From contig CABMCB010000071.1 of assembly GCA_902384455.1 (NCBI GenBank), positions 139,315 to 203,314 on the forward strand: 64,000 nt of DNA, given 5' to 3'. A program made the position numbers and the translations under genes. How positions within the stretch are numbered: the first letter of the stretch is position 1; every line of letters starts with the position of its first letter. The notes beneath the pieces are model-generated. The model did no database searches. It was given only the letters and a program-made list of their open reading frames with translations, and was not told the origin of the DNA. This DNA is from an uncultured archaeon. Lineage in GTDB: Archaea; Altiarchaeota; Altiarchaeia; IMC4; SCGC-AAA252-I15. Below, one piece after another: positions 38,368 to 48,023 of this stretch.

Positions 38368-41300
38368 GTGGTTATACTCATGAAGGTAGTTGCTTCTCCT
38401 GCGTCTTCGGGCGAGGATTTGGACGTGCCTTCAACGTTGCCCGCCCTCGATGAACGCGCCGCCGCCATAGCTCAAAATCTGGCATTGAAATCCGGCAGCC
38501 AGAGGGCGCAGGCTTACCTTCGTAGTTCTGAGGGTCAGCGTGGTCAGGATGGGTCTGGCGTGGGTGACGGATCGGATGATTCTTTTTCTCGCAGGCGCAA
38601 AAGGAGGAAGCAGCCTTTTGAGGGGGTGCCTGAGGAGTTTGCTAGGCGGGCGGCGAAGGATTCTTTCCGAGAGGAAATCTCTTCCTTATCTCAGGCTGAG
38701 TTGGGGCGTCTTGCAGTAACGCTTTCTAAGTACGCTGAAACAGGCATGCCTATCGAGCAGGAACGCGTTGTGGCGGCCTCTGTGGTTGAGCAGTGTCTTT
38801 CACCCGAGGTTTTGGGTCGTTTTGACCGTGAGGCTCTTGTTTCAGAGTGTGTTTCTTTCGGAGGCGTTAGAGGGCATGTTGATGGGGAGGTTGCTGCGCG
38901 TTTAGGTTTGGCTTCTGACGGGAGTGAGGGGGCGTTGGTTAGGGAGGTTGAGGCGGGACTTAGGCGTGCGTCCGAGGTTGTTGGCATTAGGTCTGATTCT
39001 GTGGTTTTTGATGCGGCTAGGGCTTTTGAGTTGGTTGTTCCTTTGATTGGTGATTCTAATGTTTTGCGGGGTGTTTATTCGGAGATTGTCGGTTGGGGCG
39101 TTGGGGGGCGTAGGTTGGAGGGGATTTCGGATGAGAGGGCTCATTTGGCGGGTTTGGTTGTGCGGCGGTTGGATGATTGGGTTAAGCGGGAGTTTGCTTG
39201 CGGGCTTGTAGCTGAAGGGTTTAATCCTCGCTATTCTTCGCGGCGTAGTCTTATTCGGGAGGCGGTGTCTGTCGCTGATTCTTGTAGTGACGGCTCTAGG
39301 ATAGCTGTTGCGGAGGTGCTTTTTGACAGGTTGGGTTCTTTGGAGTCTGATGATTCGTCTTTGAATGCTGCGACAGAGGCGATTGGAGGTGTTCTTTCTG
39401 GCGTAAGGCACGGGAGGGCTGTTGAGGATTTTCTTTCGACTCATGACTTGAGGCTTCATCCTTCGGGTAGGGTCAGGAATGCGTATGCGGTGATGTTGGG
39501 CAACTTAGGTGCGGCTTCGCAAGAGTCGGGAGTTAAGGTTTTGTGCGCAAGCAAGCTTTCGGATCTCTTCGATTTCCCGCCGCATGAAAGAAGGAATACC
39601 GAGCATCATCTTGACGTCTCGGAAGTTCCTTTCACCGCAGGAACCCAGCTTCTGAAGGTAGCCCGTTCCATGGACGACCCGGCAGACTTGATGCCGGTGG
39701 TTGACGGCGTCAGCCGGCACGTAGACCACCCCATAGAATTTGTCAGGGAAAACGCTGCTGCAGTACTTATGGGAATAAGAAGTCACGTCGGAGGACTGGA
39801 TGCTTCGCGGGTTGTGCTATCGGAAGTGGAAGAATCAATGTCTGCCACAATAGGAAGCCACAGAAACGCGTTTCCCGGAAGCGAGCCGCAAGTGGACGCA
39901 ATAAAGAAAGGAGTAGCTCGGGTCATAAGAAAGCACGGGGCCGCAGCGGCAAAATCAGACGACCCGGCCGAAACTCTCGGAAGATTGTCTGAAAGAGTCT
40001 TTGACGGCGTGGAATTCCCAGACACCTATTCGGAAGGATTAACCCGGCTTAAGGCCGCAATCGCGGGAGAACTTGCCGACCAAACGCCTGTATTAAATAA
40101 TCTCGGTTCTACGGCAGACGATTTGAAGGCTCCTGTTCTTGCGCGCATAGACGATGCGTTAGCTCACTATCCTTACCATTTGGCCGGGGATTTGGTGCGG
40201 GAGGATTTAGTCGGCCGTCTTATTGGGCGGGTGAATGCGTCAAAGGGTATGCAGCATTCTGAGTTTGATGGTTCTTTGGTTTATCATAGGCAGTTGGCTG
40301 GTTCTATGGTTTTGGGTATTGCTGATGGGGTTGTGGAGGAGGCGTCTGCGCTTAGGGTTTTGTCGACTTTGCTTTCGAATGTTGCAGGCTATCATGAGTA
40401 TGGGTTGCCTGTGAACGCAAATGAGTTTTCTGAGACTCTGTCGCGGCTTTGTTCGCGCATAAGTTCCTCTGAGGGTGCTGAGGCAGCGGCTGTAATGTTG
40501 TTGGACAGGTGTGACCGCCAGAATTATTACTGGCGTGATGTGCCTTTTGTGGGGCTTGCTTGCGGGATGGCGGGTAAGATTTCGGATTCTGAATCTGCGG
40601 GTAGGGTTCTTCCTGCGTTTGAGCGGGCGGCGAAGGCGTGGCAGCCAAATAATGTCGGAGAGGGGAATTCTGCTTTGGATGAGGTCGTAAGGTTGTGTGC
40701 TTTGTGTCCGCCTCAGAGGCGGGCTCAGGTAATATCCGGCTTAGTCGGTGACGTTCTGGGGAAAAGCGACGAAGACAGATTCCTCGGATTAATATACAAT
40801 GCCCCGTTGACTGCCAGAGCTATCGTGAAAATAGCTTCATTAGGGTCGGCCGAGGAGAGGGTTGAAACTGTGAGGGCTGCTGTGGTGGATGTGGGTAAGG
40901 TTCCTCGCGATGAAAGGGAGTTGTTGATGTACGGTGCGGTGAGGGCGTGTGTTTCAGACGACGAGGTTAAGCAGGTGGCTGCCGCCGCGTCGGAAATACT
41001 TTTTCCAGGCGATAAGAGTAGTCCCATGTACTGTGCAACAACAAGCGCCCGCTCTCTTATGGCCGACAGGAGCGGTTTAAGCAGCAGGGAACCTCCTGTT
41101 GTCGTCGAGTTCGATGAGGCTACGGAGACGGCGAAAAGGTGTGCGTTGCTTATTGAGGATCCTACGGAAAGGTTTACCGCGGCAAAAAACTTTGTTCCAT
41201 CGTACTCCTTCCATGAGGACAGGTATAATGTAGCCGCATTGTCTGCCGCCAACTCTGTGGTGGCGACATTAAATGGGCATGGAGTGCAGGCGGAGTACGC

Positions 41301-43716
41301 GAAAGAACTTCTTAACTCCCTGCGGCACAGGAGCGACAAATACGAGACCTGCCGTTTGATAACCCAGACTGTCTCAGGATTAATTCCGCAGTTCTCGCGG
41401 CAGGAAACACTGGAGTTCCTTGCCGCCCTTCCAGTTGAAATAAGCGCAGTAGAACAAAGAAGAGACCACGCAGGAGTAAGAGGTCAAGTAGCCAAACTTG
41501 CGGCAACAGCATTTGAGGCGTTGGGGCCAGAAGGCCTTCAGGAAGGATTAAACGCGGTATTACAGACGATAGACCACCCGCCTAAAGATTCTCACATAGA
41601 CGCCGAAAGGACTCTCATAGACATAGGGCGGGCTGTGTCGGACGATTCATTGCTTTTGTCGTTCGCCCGCAGAATAGCCCCGAACTTATCCGACCCTTAC
41701 TCTCAACGGAGGGGAGACGCGGCAGAGGCGCTTGCCGAATTCGGAAGCAAAATTCAAAATCCCCAAATTCTTGCGGAACTTGTGGCTTTAATAGAACCCT
41801 CCCGGCAAAGCCCAATATCTGAAATAAGCAGGACCGCCTCCAACACCCTCACCCGCATGAGAGACCTAACTCCTACAGAAGCCGCAGAAAGACGGGCGAT
41901 AATAACCGGCGCACCACCTCCCGCCGAAGTCACAGACGAAAAACGCCTAGCAACACTAAGCGAACTATGCGCCCACCCAACAGCACTCTACCACGACGAG
42001 TCCATACGATGGGTCGAAGAACTAGCAAACGGCCTCAACGACCCCCAGATGAAGGTTACGGCTGCTGAAATGCTTTTGGGCACTGGCCGGCGGAAAACCG
42101 AAAGGAGAATGACAGCTTTGGTTGCCACACTTGTTGAGCCTGAAAAGCTAGACGGGATACTTCAGGAAGCAATAACGGGTCTTTCTGCAGGAGACGGAAG
42201 CAGGGAAACAACGCTTGCAGGCCTAAGCGAACTCGGGGCGCTTGTGCCCTACTGCAGAAACCCGCATATTCTTGCTCAAGTCTCACAGATGAGGGACGGC
42301 CTGATCATGAGTTTGTGCGAGGCGAGAAAATTGAGTTCCGTGGAAGTGGGCGCTATAAGCCGCATTTTAGAGGAGACTTCGGCTGCCGGAGTCAGCGGCG
42401 AGTTGATGAATGCTTTCAGCGCGGTGGAGATGCCTTATGACGCAGGGTCCCTTCGTCTGATATCCGAACTCGCCTTCTGGACAGGCTCAAAAATAGTTCC
42501 CGGAACCCTGCCGGCATACTGCACCCTAGACAGAAGCTCATTCATATTCAGCCCTCAATCACAGGAAGCAGGATACACGGAAACCGTCTTAGCCTCCCTT
42601 AAGGAAACAGTCGAACTGGGGCTCATAACGGAGAAAGGCCTAGGATACGACCTGCCGATAAAGGATCCGCGGTATAAAATAGGAAACGCCTTCCACGGAA
42701 GAAGCTCCTTCTCCATAAGCGAACCCACCCAAGGAGACACCTCATCTTACGCCCGCGTATTCAAGGCAAACGGCACATACTACGGAACAGACGGAATAAG
42801 CTTCCAATGGCGAGGAGGCCAAAACGAAATCCACCTCGAAGTCCACATGTTCTGGGGAGGAGACATACTCAAACTAAGCGACATACAAGCAAGAAACGCA
42901 TTGCGCATAAGAAAAGGACTAAACGACCTATACAACCAAGGCGACCCCCACATACGCCGTGCGGTAGAAGAATTCGGCGCATTCCCGATAACAGAAGACG
43001 GAATAAACCCCGACGCAATATACCAACCATTCGGCCAATTCAAACCCCAATTCATACCTCAATGGCTAAACCCTGAAGAAAGCAAAACAGGCGAAAGCAT
43101 AGGGAGAATAAGAAACATACGACACAGAGACGGCCTAAGCATAGCAGGAGTGCCGGACGAATACATAAGAGGCCACAGGATAATCGGATACATAGTGCCG
43201 GTGCCGGAGCGCGTAGGCGAACTGACCCCTATAGGGCAGGCAGATGCCGCCTGGGTTAAAACGTTTTCCTACTGCGGATACCAGCTGATACGCCAGCCAG
43301 GCCAAATTCCTCGCGTAATGAAAGACGGGCAGGAAGTCGAATACAGGGAAGCAGCCCGTGAAGTGCTTTATGGATTCGCCTCCCGGTGGGCCTCAGTAAA
43401 CTATTACGTGCACCACATACTCAACGGGGCTCTATCTAACGACTTCGGATCCGTATACGACGATGAACAAAAGCACAACTCTGGGTTCTGCCTGCATGAC
43501 TTGGACGTAGCATGGGCCGGCGACCAGTACGATGCCATGCACAACCGCACTCCCACAAGCAAGCCCACACTAAGCAACTCACGAGAATACTACCAGCGGG
43601 AAGACGACAGAAACGCCCTCCAACTTCTGGACTACATCGCCGGGCTGCTTAGGGTGCCGGAAATGCACCAAGAAGCGCAAAACATATTCCTGGAAATAAA
43701 CCCCCCATCAAGGTAA
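38368..43716 (+). CDS. Giant cytoplasmic HEAT/ARM-repeat protein (1782 aa) with unassigned ~400-aa C-terminal globular domain
   Basis: Single uninterrupted ORF. It may start with GTG at 38368 or ATG at 38380, and has no signal peptide or TM. Residues ~1-1350 are Ala/Leu/Arg/Glu-rich with many PBS-lyase-type HEAT units (e.g. GDAAEALAEFGSKIQNPQILAELVALIEP). The C-terminal domain is compositionally different and contains FSYCGYQL ... YVHHILNGALSNDFG ... CLHDLDVAWAGDQYD. Confidence 0.75.
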   Translation: MVILMKVVASPASSGEDLDVPSTLPALDERAAAIAQNLALKSGSQRAQAYLRSSEGQRGQDGSGVGDGSDDSFSRRRKRRKQPFEGVPEEFARRAAKDSFREEISSLSQAELGRLAVTLSKYAETGMPIEQERVVAASVVEQCLSPEVLGRFDREALVSECVSFGGVRGHVDGEVAARLGLASDGSEGALVREVEAGLRRASEVVGIRSDSVVFDAARAFELVVPLIGDSNVLRGVYSEIVGWGVGGRRLEGISDERAHLAGLVVRRLDDWVKREFACGLVAEGFNPRYSSRRSLIREAVSVADSCSDGSRIAVAEVLFDRLGSLESDDSSLNAATEAIGGVLSGVRHGRAVEDFLSTHDLRLHPSGRVRNAYAVMLGNLGAASQESGVKVLCASKLSDLFDFPPHERRNTEHHLDVSEVPFTAGTQLLKVARSMDDPADLMPVVDGVSRHVDHPIEFVRENAAAVLMGIRSHVGGLDASRVVLSEVEESMSATIGSHRNAFPGSEPQVDAIKKGVARVIRKHGAAAAKSDDPAETLGRLSERVFDGVEFPDTYSEGLTRLKAAIAGELADQTPVLNNLGSTADDLKAPVLARIDDALAHYPYHLAGDLVREDLVGRLIGRVNASKGMQHSEFDGSLVYHRQLAGSMVLGIADGVVEEASALRVLSTLLSNVAGYHEYGLPVNANEFSETLSRLCSRISSSEGAEAAAVMLLDRCDRQNYYWRDVPFVGLACGMAGKISDSESAGRVLPAFERAAKAWQPNNVGEGNSALDEVVRLCALCPPQRRAQVISGLVGDVLGKSDEDRFLGLIYNAPLTARAIVKIASLGSAEERVETVRAAVVDVGKVPRDERELLMYGAVRACVSDDEVKQVAAAASEILFPGDKSSPMYCATTSARSLMADRSGLSSREPPVVVEFDEATETAKRCALLIEDPTERFTAAKNFVPSYSFHEDRYNVAALSAANSVVATLNGHGVQAEYAKELLNSLRHRSDKYETCRLITQTVSGLIPQFSRQETLEFLAALPVEISAVEQRRDHAGVRGQVAKLAATAFEALGPEGLQEGLNAVLQTIDHPPKDSHIDAERTLIDIGRAVSDDSLLLSFARRIAPNLSDPYSQRRGDAAEALAEFGSKIQNPQILAELVALIEPSRQSPISEISRTASNTLTRMRDLTPTEAAERRAIITGAPPPAEVTDEKRLATLSELCAHPTALYHDESIRWVEELANGLNDPQMKVTAAEMLLGTGRRKTERRMTALVATLVEPEKLDGILQEAITGLSAGDGSRETTLAGLSELGALVPYCRNPHILAQVSQMRDGLIMSLCEARKLSSVEVGAISRILEETSAAGVSGELMNAFSAVEMPYDAGSLRLISELAFWTGSKIVPGTLPAYCTLDRSSFIFSPQSQEAGYTETVLASLKETVELGLITEKGLGYDLPIKDPRYKIGNAFHGRSSFSISEPTQGDTSSYARVFKANGTYYGTDGISFQWRGGQNEIHLEVHMFWGGDILKLSDIQARNALRIRKGLNDLYNQGDPHIRRAVEEFGAFPITEDGINPDAIYQPFGQFKPQFIPQWLNPEESKTGESIGRIRNIRHRDGLSIAGVPDEYIRGHRIIGYIVPVPERVGELTPIGQADAAWVKTFSYCGYQLIRQPGQIPRVMKDGQEVEYREAAREVLYGFASRWASVNYYVHHILNGALSNDFGSVYDDEQKHNSGFCLHDLDVAWAGDQYDAMHNRTPTSKPTLSNSREYYQREDDRNALQLLDYIAGLLRVPEMHQEAQNIFLEINPPSR

Positions 43717-43731
43717 GGCGCAATAAATCAT

Positions 43732-44904
43732 CTACGCCAAAGATTTCGCTATCTCCTTCTCCGCCTTCTCCTGCAGAGGATTGGTTACTGCGTCTTCCGC
43801 AGCAAACATCACCTTCTGGACGGCGGTAGGGTGGGTTCGAGCGTACCTATCCCTGCACTCGTCCCTGAATTCCCCGATTGATAAACTGTCGCAGACGCTT
43901 ACGTTCATCGTGTTGACTGCAACGTCGCCAACGCAATCAATATGATTATCAAAATCCTTAACTTTGTCGCACAATTCAGGACGCTTCCACTTAGACGCCA
44001 CTGCGACAACGCACTCTTTGTACTCCTCAGGGTAACTCCCCATCTTACCACAGTACAATTCATTCCCTCTATCCGCCGCAACCGCCGTAAAACAAGCGCC
44101 GCTACCCCCCTCAAAATTAGATATAGGAAGCAGGGAGTTGTTGACCTTATTGCAAGACTCCGGGTCTGCGGCGTTAATGCCGACATGCAGATAACACCGG
44201 TTGGCGTCAAACTCATTCGTAAGATTACTGCAGGCCTCAGGATTCCTCCCAATAGAAGCAAGACAAAGCGATTTGTCACTCCCCCCAAGCTTGTTGCAGA
44301 CGCCTGCCTCCCTAGTTGAAAGGCCTACCTGCAGGTTGCATTTGTCGCGGGTGTATGCGCCTTCGATTTTGTCGCATAGGTCTGTGCTGTTGGCGTTGGT
44401 GCCTGAGTACCCGTAGCAGTCGTCTTTGAGGTCTTTAGAGTTTATCTTGTTGCAGAGTTCTGGTTTGTTGTGGAATTTTCCTATGCGCCCCAGGCAGGCA
44501 TCGCGGCTTGATTCGTCAGTCAGCTGTTCGCACATGGAGGAGTCACCTTTGGAGAAGGCGACGTCACCCAGACAGGACTCTGCGTCGCTCTTTTTAGGGA
44601 ACTTCTCGCATATCGCAGGATCCTTGTTCCTCGTCGCCGCATTAGTAAGGCACTGTGTCTGACGGGTATCATCAGGAAACAGGCTACATTTGTCGGGGTC
44701 GTCTATTATGCTGCCTAATGAATTAAGGCACTCCTCCCGGTCACTAGTATAATTGTGTTGGAGGCATATTCGCGGGTCCTCGGAATCCAAGGCTTTCTGG
44801 GTTATTGGGTCGTGCTCCTCAAAGCAGCCCGAAGCAAAAACAACGATTAAAACGGCGGCAAACGCCGTCCACACCCCCCTAGCGGGATGACGAGCGGTTG
44901 CCAT
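43732..44904 (-). CDS. Lipoprotein composed of ~12 tandem Cys-pair repeats (same family as 34606-34920)
   Basis: 390 aa, signal plus lipobox (VVFASGC). Repeating ~24-aa unit D-P-x-x-C-x-x-(I/L/F)-x(6-8)-(R/K/S)-D-x-C-(Y/L)-x-x-(V/I/A), e.g. DPRICLQHNYTSDREECL, DPAICEKFPKKSDAESCL, STDLCDKIEGAYTRDKCN. Confidence 0.65.
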   Translation of the reverse strand: MATARHPARGVWTAFAAVLIVVFASGCFEEHDPITQKALDSEDPRICLQHNYTSDREECLNSLGSIIDDPDKCSLFPDDTRQTQCLTNAATRNKDPAICEKFPKKSDAESCLGDVAFSKGDSSMCEQLTDESSRDACLGRIGKFHNKPELCNKINSKDLKDDCYGYSGTNANSTDLCDKIEGAYTRDKCNLQVGLSTREAGVCNKLGGSDKSLCLASIGRNPEACSNLTNEFDANRCYLHVGINAADPESCNKVNNSLLPISNFEGGSGACFTAVAADRGNELYCGKMGSYPEEYKECVVAVASKWKRPELCDKVKDFDNHIDCVGDVAVNTMNVSVCDSLSIGEFRDECRDRYARTHPTAVQKVMFAAEDAVTNPLQEKAEKEIAKSLA

Positions 44905-44910
44905 ACGGGC

Positions 44911-45450
44911 TCAGTCGATTACGGCGCCGTACTCCTTAACCATGTCGCGGGTGCGCTTAGCGGCCTTAGTCGCATCCTCAGGGGTCTTGGCGCCCGTGAT
45001 AATAATGCGTCCTGACCGGAATATTAGCATCACCGTCTTGGGTTTGTCGAGTCGGAAAACAAGGCCTGGAAACTGCTCCGGCTCATACTCGGTATTCTCT
45101 GCTTCCATCGCCAAGACGTCCAGGTTCACTTTGACGTTCATTGACGCGGAAGCCACAATGTTTTGAATCTCAACAAGAGGCGTCTCAGAAACGCGCATTC
45201 CAGCGCCCCTAAGCTTGGAAAGAAGCTGCTTTAGGGCGGCGTTTATGTCGTCGATGTTTCTGGCTCCGCTGCAGATGACTTTGCCCGTGCGGAACACAAG
45301 CATAGCCACCTTAGGCTTCTGAAGCCTGTAAATAACCCCCGGAAACTTATTCGGGTTCTCAATCTCAGGCACGGCCTTAGTCAGCTTCTCCAAGTCTATG
45401 TTGCGGTAAAGCGTGATAGACGAGACGATGTTTTCGATGTTGGGCTTCAT
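44911..45450 (-). CDS. tbp: TATA-box binding protein
   Basis: 179 aa with two direct TBP repeats (..LVFRTGKVICSGA.. and ..MLIFRSGRIIITGA..). Confidence 0.9.
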   Translation of the reverse strand: MKPNIENIVSSITLYRNIDLEKLTKAVPEIENPNKFPGVIYRLQKPKVAMLVFRTGKVICSGARNIDDINAALKQLLSKLRGAGMRVSETPLVEIQNIVASASMNVKVNLDVLAMEAENTEYEPEQFPGLVFRLDKPKTVMLIFRSGRIIITGAKTPEDATKAAKRTRDMVKEYGAVID

Positions 45451-45454
45451 TGTC

Positions 45455-45502
45455 CTTTATAAATACGGTATGTTATAAACGGGGGTCATTTAAATATATA
45501 AT
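45455..45502. promoter_or_regulatory. Bidirectional promoter region with TATA-like boxes between tbp and the divergent PD-(D/E)xK-like gene
   Basis: tttataaata (45457-66), ttataaa (45473-79, ~-26 from the tbp ATG on the minus strand, consistent with a leaderless transcript) and tttaaatatataa (45489-501, ~-20 from the plus-strand ATG). Confidence 0.4.
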
Positions 45503-45512
45503 CCCCACCACG

Positions 45513-46259
45513 ATGGACCAAGCTGCTTACTCTGCGCTCTATAGCCGGCTTACGAAACCGGATGACTACGCCGAGTTGGCGCGGGAATACCGCATCACCA
45601 AGGAGACGGTCCACGTCCTGCATTGCCAGAAAATAGTCCGCGAAGTAAAAAGCCGCCACTCCTACGTCATGCAAAAGGCCCCGGAAATGCTCGAAAGGTG
45701 GAAGCGCGGGGAAACGTTCCTTAAATTGGCCCGCCACTTCGATTTTCCCCCCGCCTTAACCGCAAGCATAATACTTAGAACCGACGGATACAGCCGCGGC
45801 CATATACAGCAGATGATGAAGGAGCCCTCATCCATAGACAAGCCCCGCATTAGGAGGGAGCTGGAGGAGGCGCTGGAAAACGAACTGGTTTACAGTCCCC
45901 AACGCCTGACGGAGCAGGTGGAGAGGGGAAAACGCACGGAAAACTACATAGCCCGCTGGCTAGACAAAAGAAACGCCCAATACACCACTGAAGCCCAAGC
46001 CAAAGAAGCCGGCCACCAAGGCAAAACACCCGACTTCCTACTTGCGCACCCCATAGACTTTCAGGGGAAAAAAATAAACTGGATTGAATGCAAAGGAAGC
46101 TTCGGCGACCCCAAAGAAATCCGCATCAACTACCGCAAGCAGCTAATGCACTACCTGGAGCTGTTCGGATACGGCGTCGTACTATACTGGTACGGCGTAG
46201 TAGACGGACACCAAGTAAAAGACGTCGGCATATACGAGCCGTCAGCCTTCAGGGATTAA
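45513..46259 (+). CDS. Hypothetical protein with C-terminal PD-(D/E)xK nuclease-like motif, divergent from tbp
   Basis: Start chosen at MDQAAYSALY. The C-terminus carries TPDFLLAHPIDFQGKKINWIECKG (D ...17 aa... E-C-K), compatible with the PD-(D/E)xK fold. The N-terminal part is helical, possibly HTH. Confidence 0.4.
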   Translation: MDQAAYSALYSRLTKPDDYAELAREYRITKETVHVLHCQKIVREVKSRHSYVMQKAPEMLERWKRGETFLKLARHFDFPPALTASIILRTDGYSRGHIQQMMKEPSSIDKPRIRRELEEALENELVYSPQRLTEQVERGKRTENYIARWLDKRNAQYTTEAQAKEAGHQGKTPDFLLAHPIDFQGKKINWIECKGSFGDPKEIRINYRKQLMHYLELFGYGVVLYWYGVVDGHQVKDVGIYEPSAFRD

Positions 46260-46271
46260 GGAGGCGAAAAA

Positions 46272-48023
46272 ATGGCAGAACCAACCGTCCTAGTCGGGCT
46301 TGCAGTCGTCATCGGCTCAGCCACACTACTCGCATACATAGCCCACCTTATGAAGCAGCCTCTCGTCCTCGCATACGTCTTCGCAGGGCTACTAATCGGT
46401 CCCGGAGGATTCGGAATCATATCAAACAGCGACACAGTATTCTCTTTCTCGGAACTAGGAATAGCATTCTTCCTATTCGTAATCGGAATCCAAATCGACC
46501 TAAACAAAATCCGCGACATAGGATTCACAGTCGCAGCAGCAGGACTAACACAAATAATACTCACATTCCTGGCGGGATACGGCCTCTCCCTTTTTCTGGG
46601 TTTTTCTCACATCGTAAGCGTCTATTTGGGGCTTGTGATGACTTTCTCCAGCACTCTTGTCGTAGTTAAGATGCTGGCTGAAAAGGAGGAGTTGGATTCA
46701 ATTCACGGCCGCATCGCTATTGGAATACTTCTTCTGCAGGACGTGGTCGCCATTATGGCGCTAGCAATCCTCAAGGACTACTCTTCTGAGGGATTAAGCA
46801 GCGTGATACTGCAGCCGCTTGCGATGTCTGCCGGACTGCTTGTTCTTTCGGTGGCTGCAAGCAGGATGTTGCTTCCGCCTTTGATGCGGTTTTTCGCCCA
46901 TAATCAGGAGCTTCTGTTTCTCTCGGCTCTCTCATGGTGCTTCCTTTTTTCATTGCTCGCCCATCAGATGGGGCTTTCCATAGCAATCGGAAGCTACCTT
47001 GCGGGAGTGGGAATAGGCGGCCTACCCTACAACCTTGAGATTGCGGGGTTAATTCGGGGTTTGAGGGATTTTTTTGCGACTTTGTTTTTCGTGTCTTTGG
47101 GTATGCAGCTTTCTTTGGGCCACTTAAGCGGCGCTTTGCCTGCGATAATCCTCTTCTCCATTCTGGTGCTCATTATCAAGCCGCTTAGCACTGTCTGGGT
47201 TGTTACTTTGCTTGGGTACAAGAGCCGGACGTCGTTCTTCTCAAGCATATCCCTTGGTCAGGTCAGCGAGTTCAGCCTGATACTTGTTTCCACCGGCGTA
47301 GGATTGGGTGTATTAAGCCCCAGCATAAGCTCTCTTGTTGCGGCCGTGACGGTGTTCACAATAATTACTACGTCTTATGCTCTAAGGTACAAGGAGAAAC
47401 TTTTTATTGGCGTTGCCCGTCCGCTCAAGACGCTGGAGGAGAAAGGCTTCCGCAACAGGGTGCCTGTTGGCATTCCAGTCCGCCATAAGGACCACATTGT
47501 TCTTGCGGGATGCAACCGCATGGGTTACTCCATACTTGAGACCCTCAAATCGCTGAGGCACGACTTCATAGTGGTAGACTTGGATCCCGACATAATCCAG
47601 GACCTGATGAACGAGGGCGTGCCATGCATCTACGGGGACATAAAGGATTCGGAGATAACAGAGCGCCTATACCTGAAGGACGCAAGCATAATAATCTCTA
47701 CCGTAACCCAAAAGGACGACAACATCCGCTTAATAGAGGAAGTAAGGAAGGCCAACCCTAAGGCGCTTGTAATAGTCACCGCGCTCAACGTGGACACTGC
47801 GTTGGGCTTCTATCGGTTCGGCGCCGACTACGTGATTCTGCCTAAGATGCTTGCGGGAGAGAAAGTCGCCGACATCATAGTGGAAAACGTCAGGAACCCC
47901 AAGCATCTTGGCGCATTAAGGGAGACTCACATTGTGGAACTGAAGTACATCAAGCGGCAGGAACTGCTGCGCAGATTCGAGCCCACTTCATTGCGGATAG
48001 CAGAACGCCGGCTGCCCCCATGA
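46272..48023 (+). CDS. Monovalent cation:proton antiporter-2 (Kef-type) with C-terminal TrkA-N/RCK domain
   Basis: 583 aa. N-terminal 12-13 TM Na+/H+ exchanger domain. C-terminal Rossmann VLAGCNRMGYSILETL...VVDLDPD typical of RCK. Confidence 0.8.
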   Translation: MAEPTVLVGLAVVIGSATLLAYIAHLMKQPLVLAYVFAGLLIGPGGFGIISNSDTVFSFSELGIAFFLFVIGIQIDLNKIRDIGFTVAAAGLTQIILTFLAGYGLSLFLGFSHIVSVYLGLVMTFSSTLVVVKMLAEKEELDSIHGRIAIGILLLQDVVAIMALAILKDYSSEGLSSVILQPLAMSAGLLVLSVAASRMLLPPLMRFFAHNQELLFLSALSWCFLFSLLAHQMGLSIAIGSYLAGVGIGGLPYNLEIAGLIRGLRDFFATLFFVSLGMQLSLGHLSGALPAIILFSILVLIIKPLSTVWVVTLLGYKSRTSFFSSISLGQVSEFSLILVSTGVGLGVLSPSISSLVAAVTVFTIITTSYALRYKEKLFIGVARPLKTLEEKGFRNRVPVGIPVRHKDHIVLAGCNRMGYSILETLKSLRHDFIVVDLDPDIIQDLMNEGVPCIYGDIKDSEITERLYLKDASIIISTVTQKDDNIRLIEEVRKANPKALVIVTALNVDTALGFYRFGADYVILPKMLAGEKVADIIVENVRNPKHLGALRETHIVELKYIKRQELLRRFEPTSLRIAERRLPP

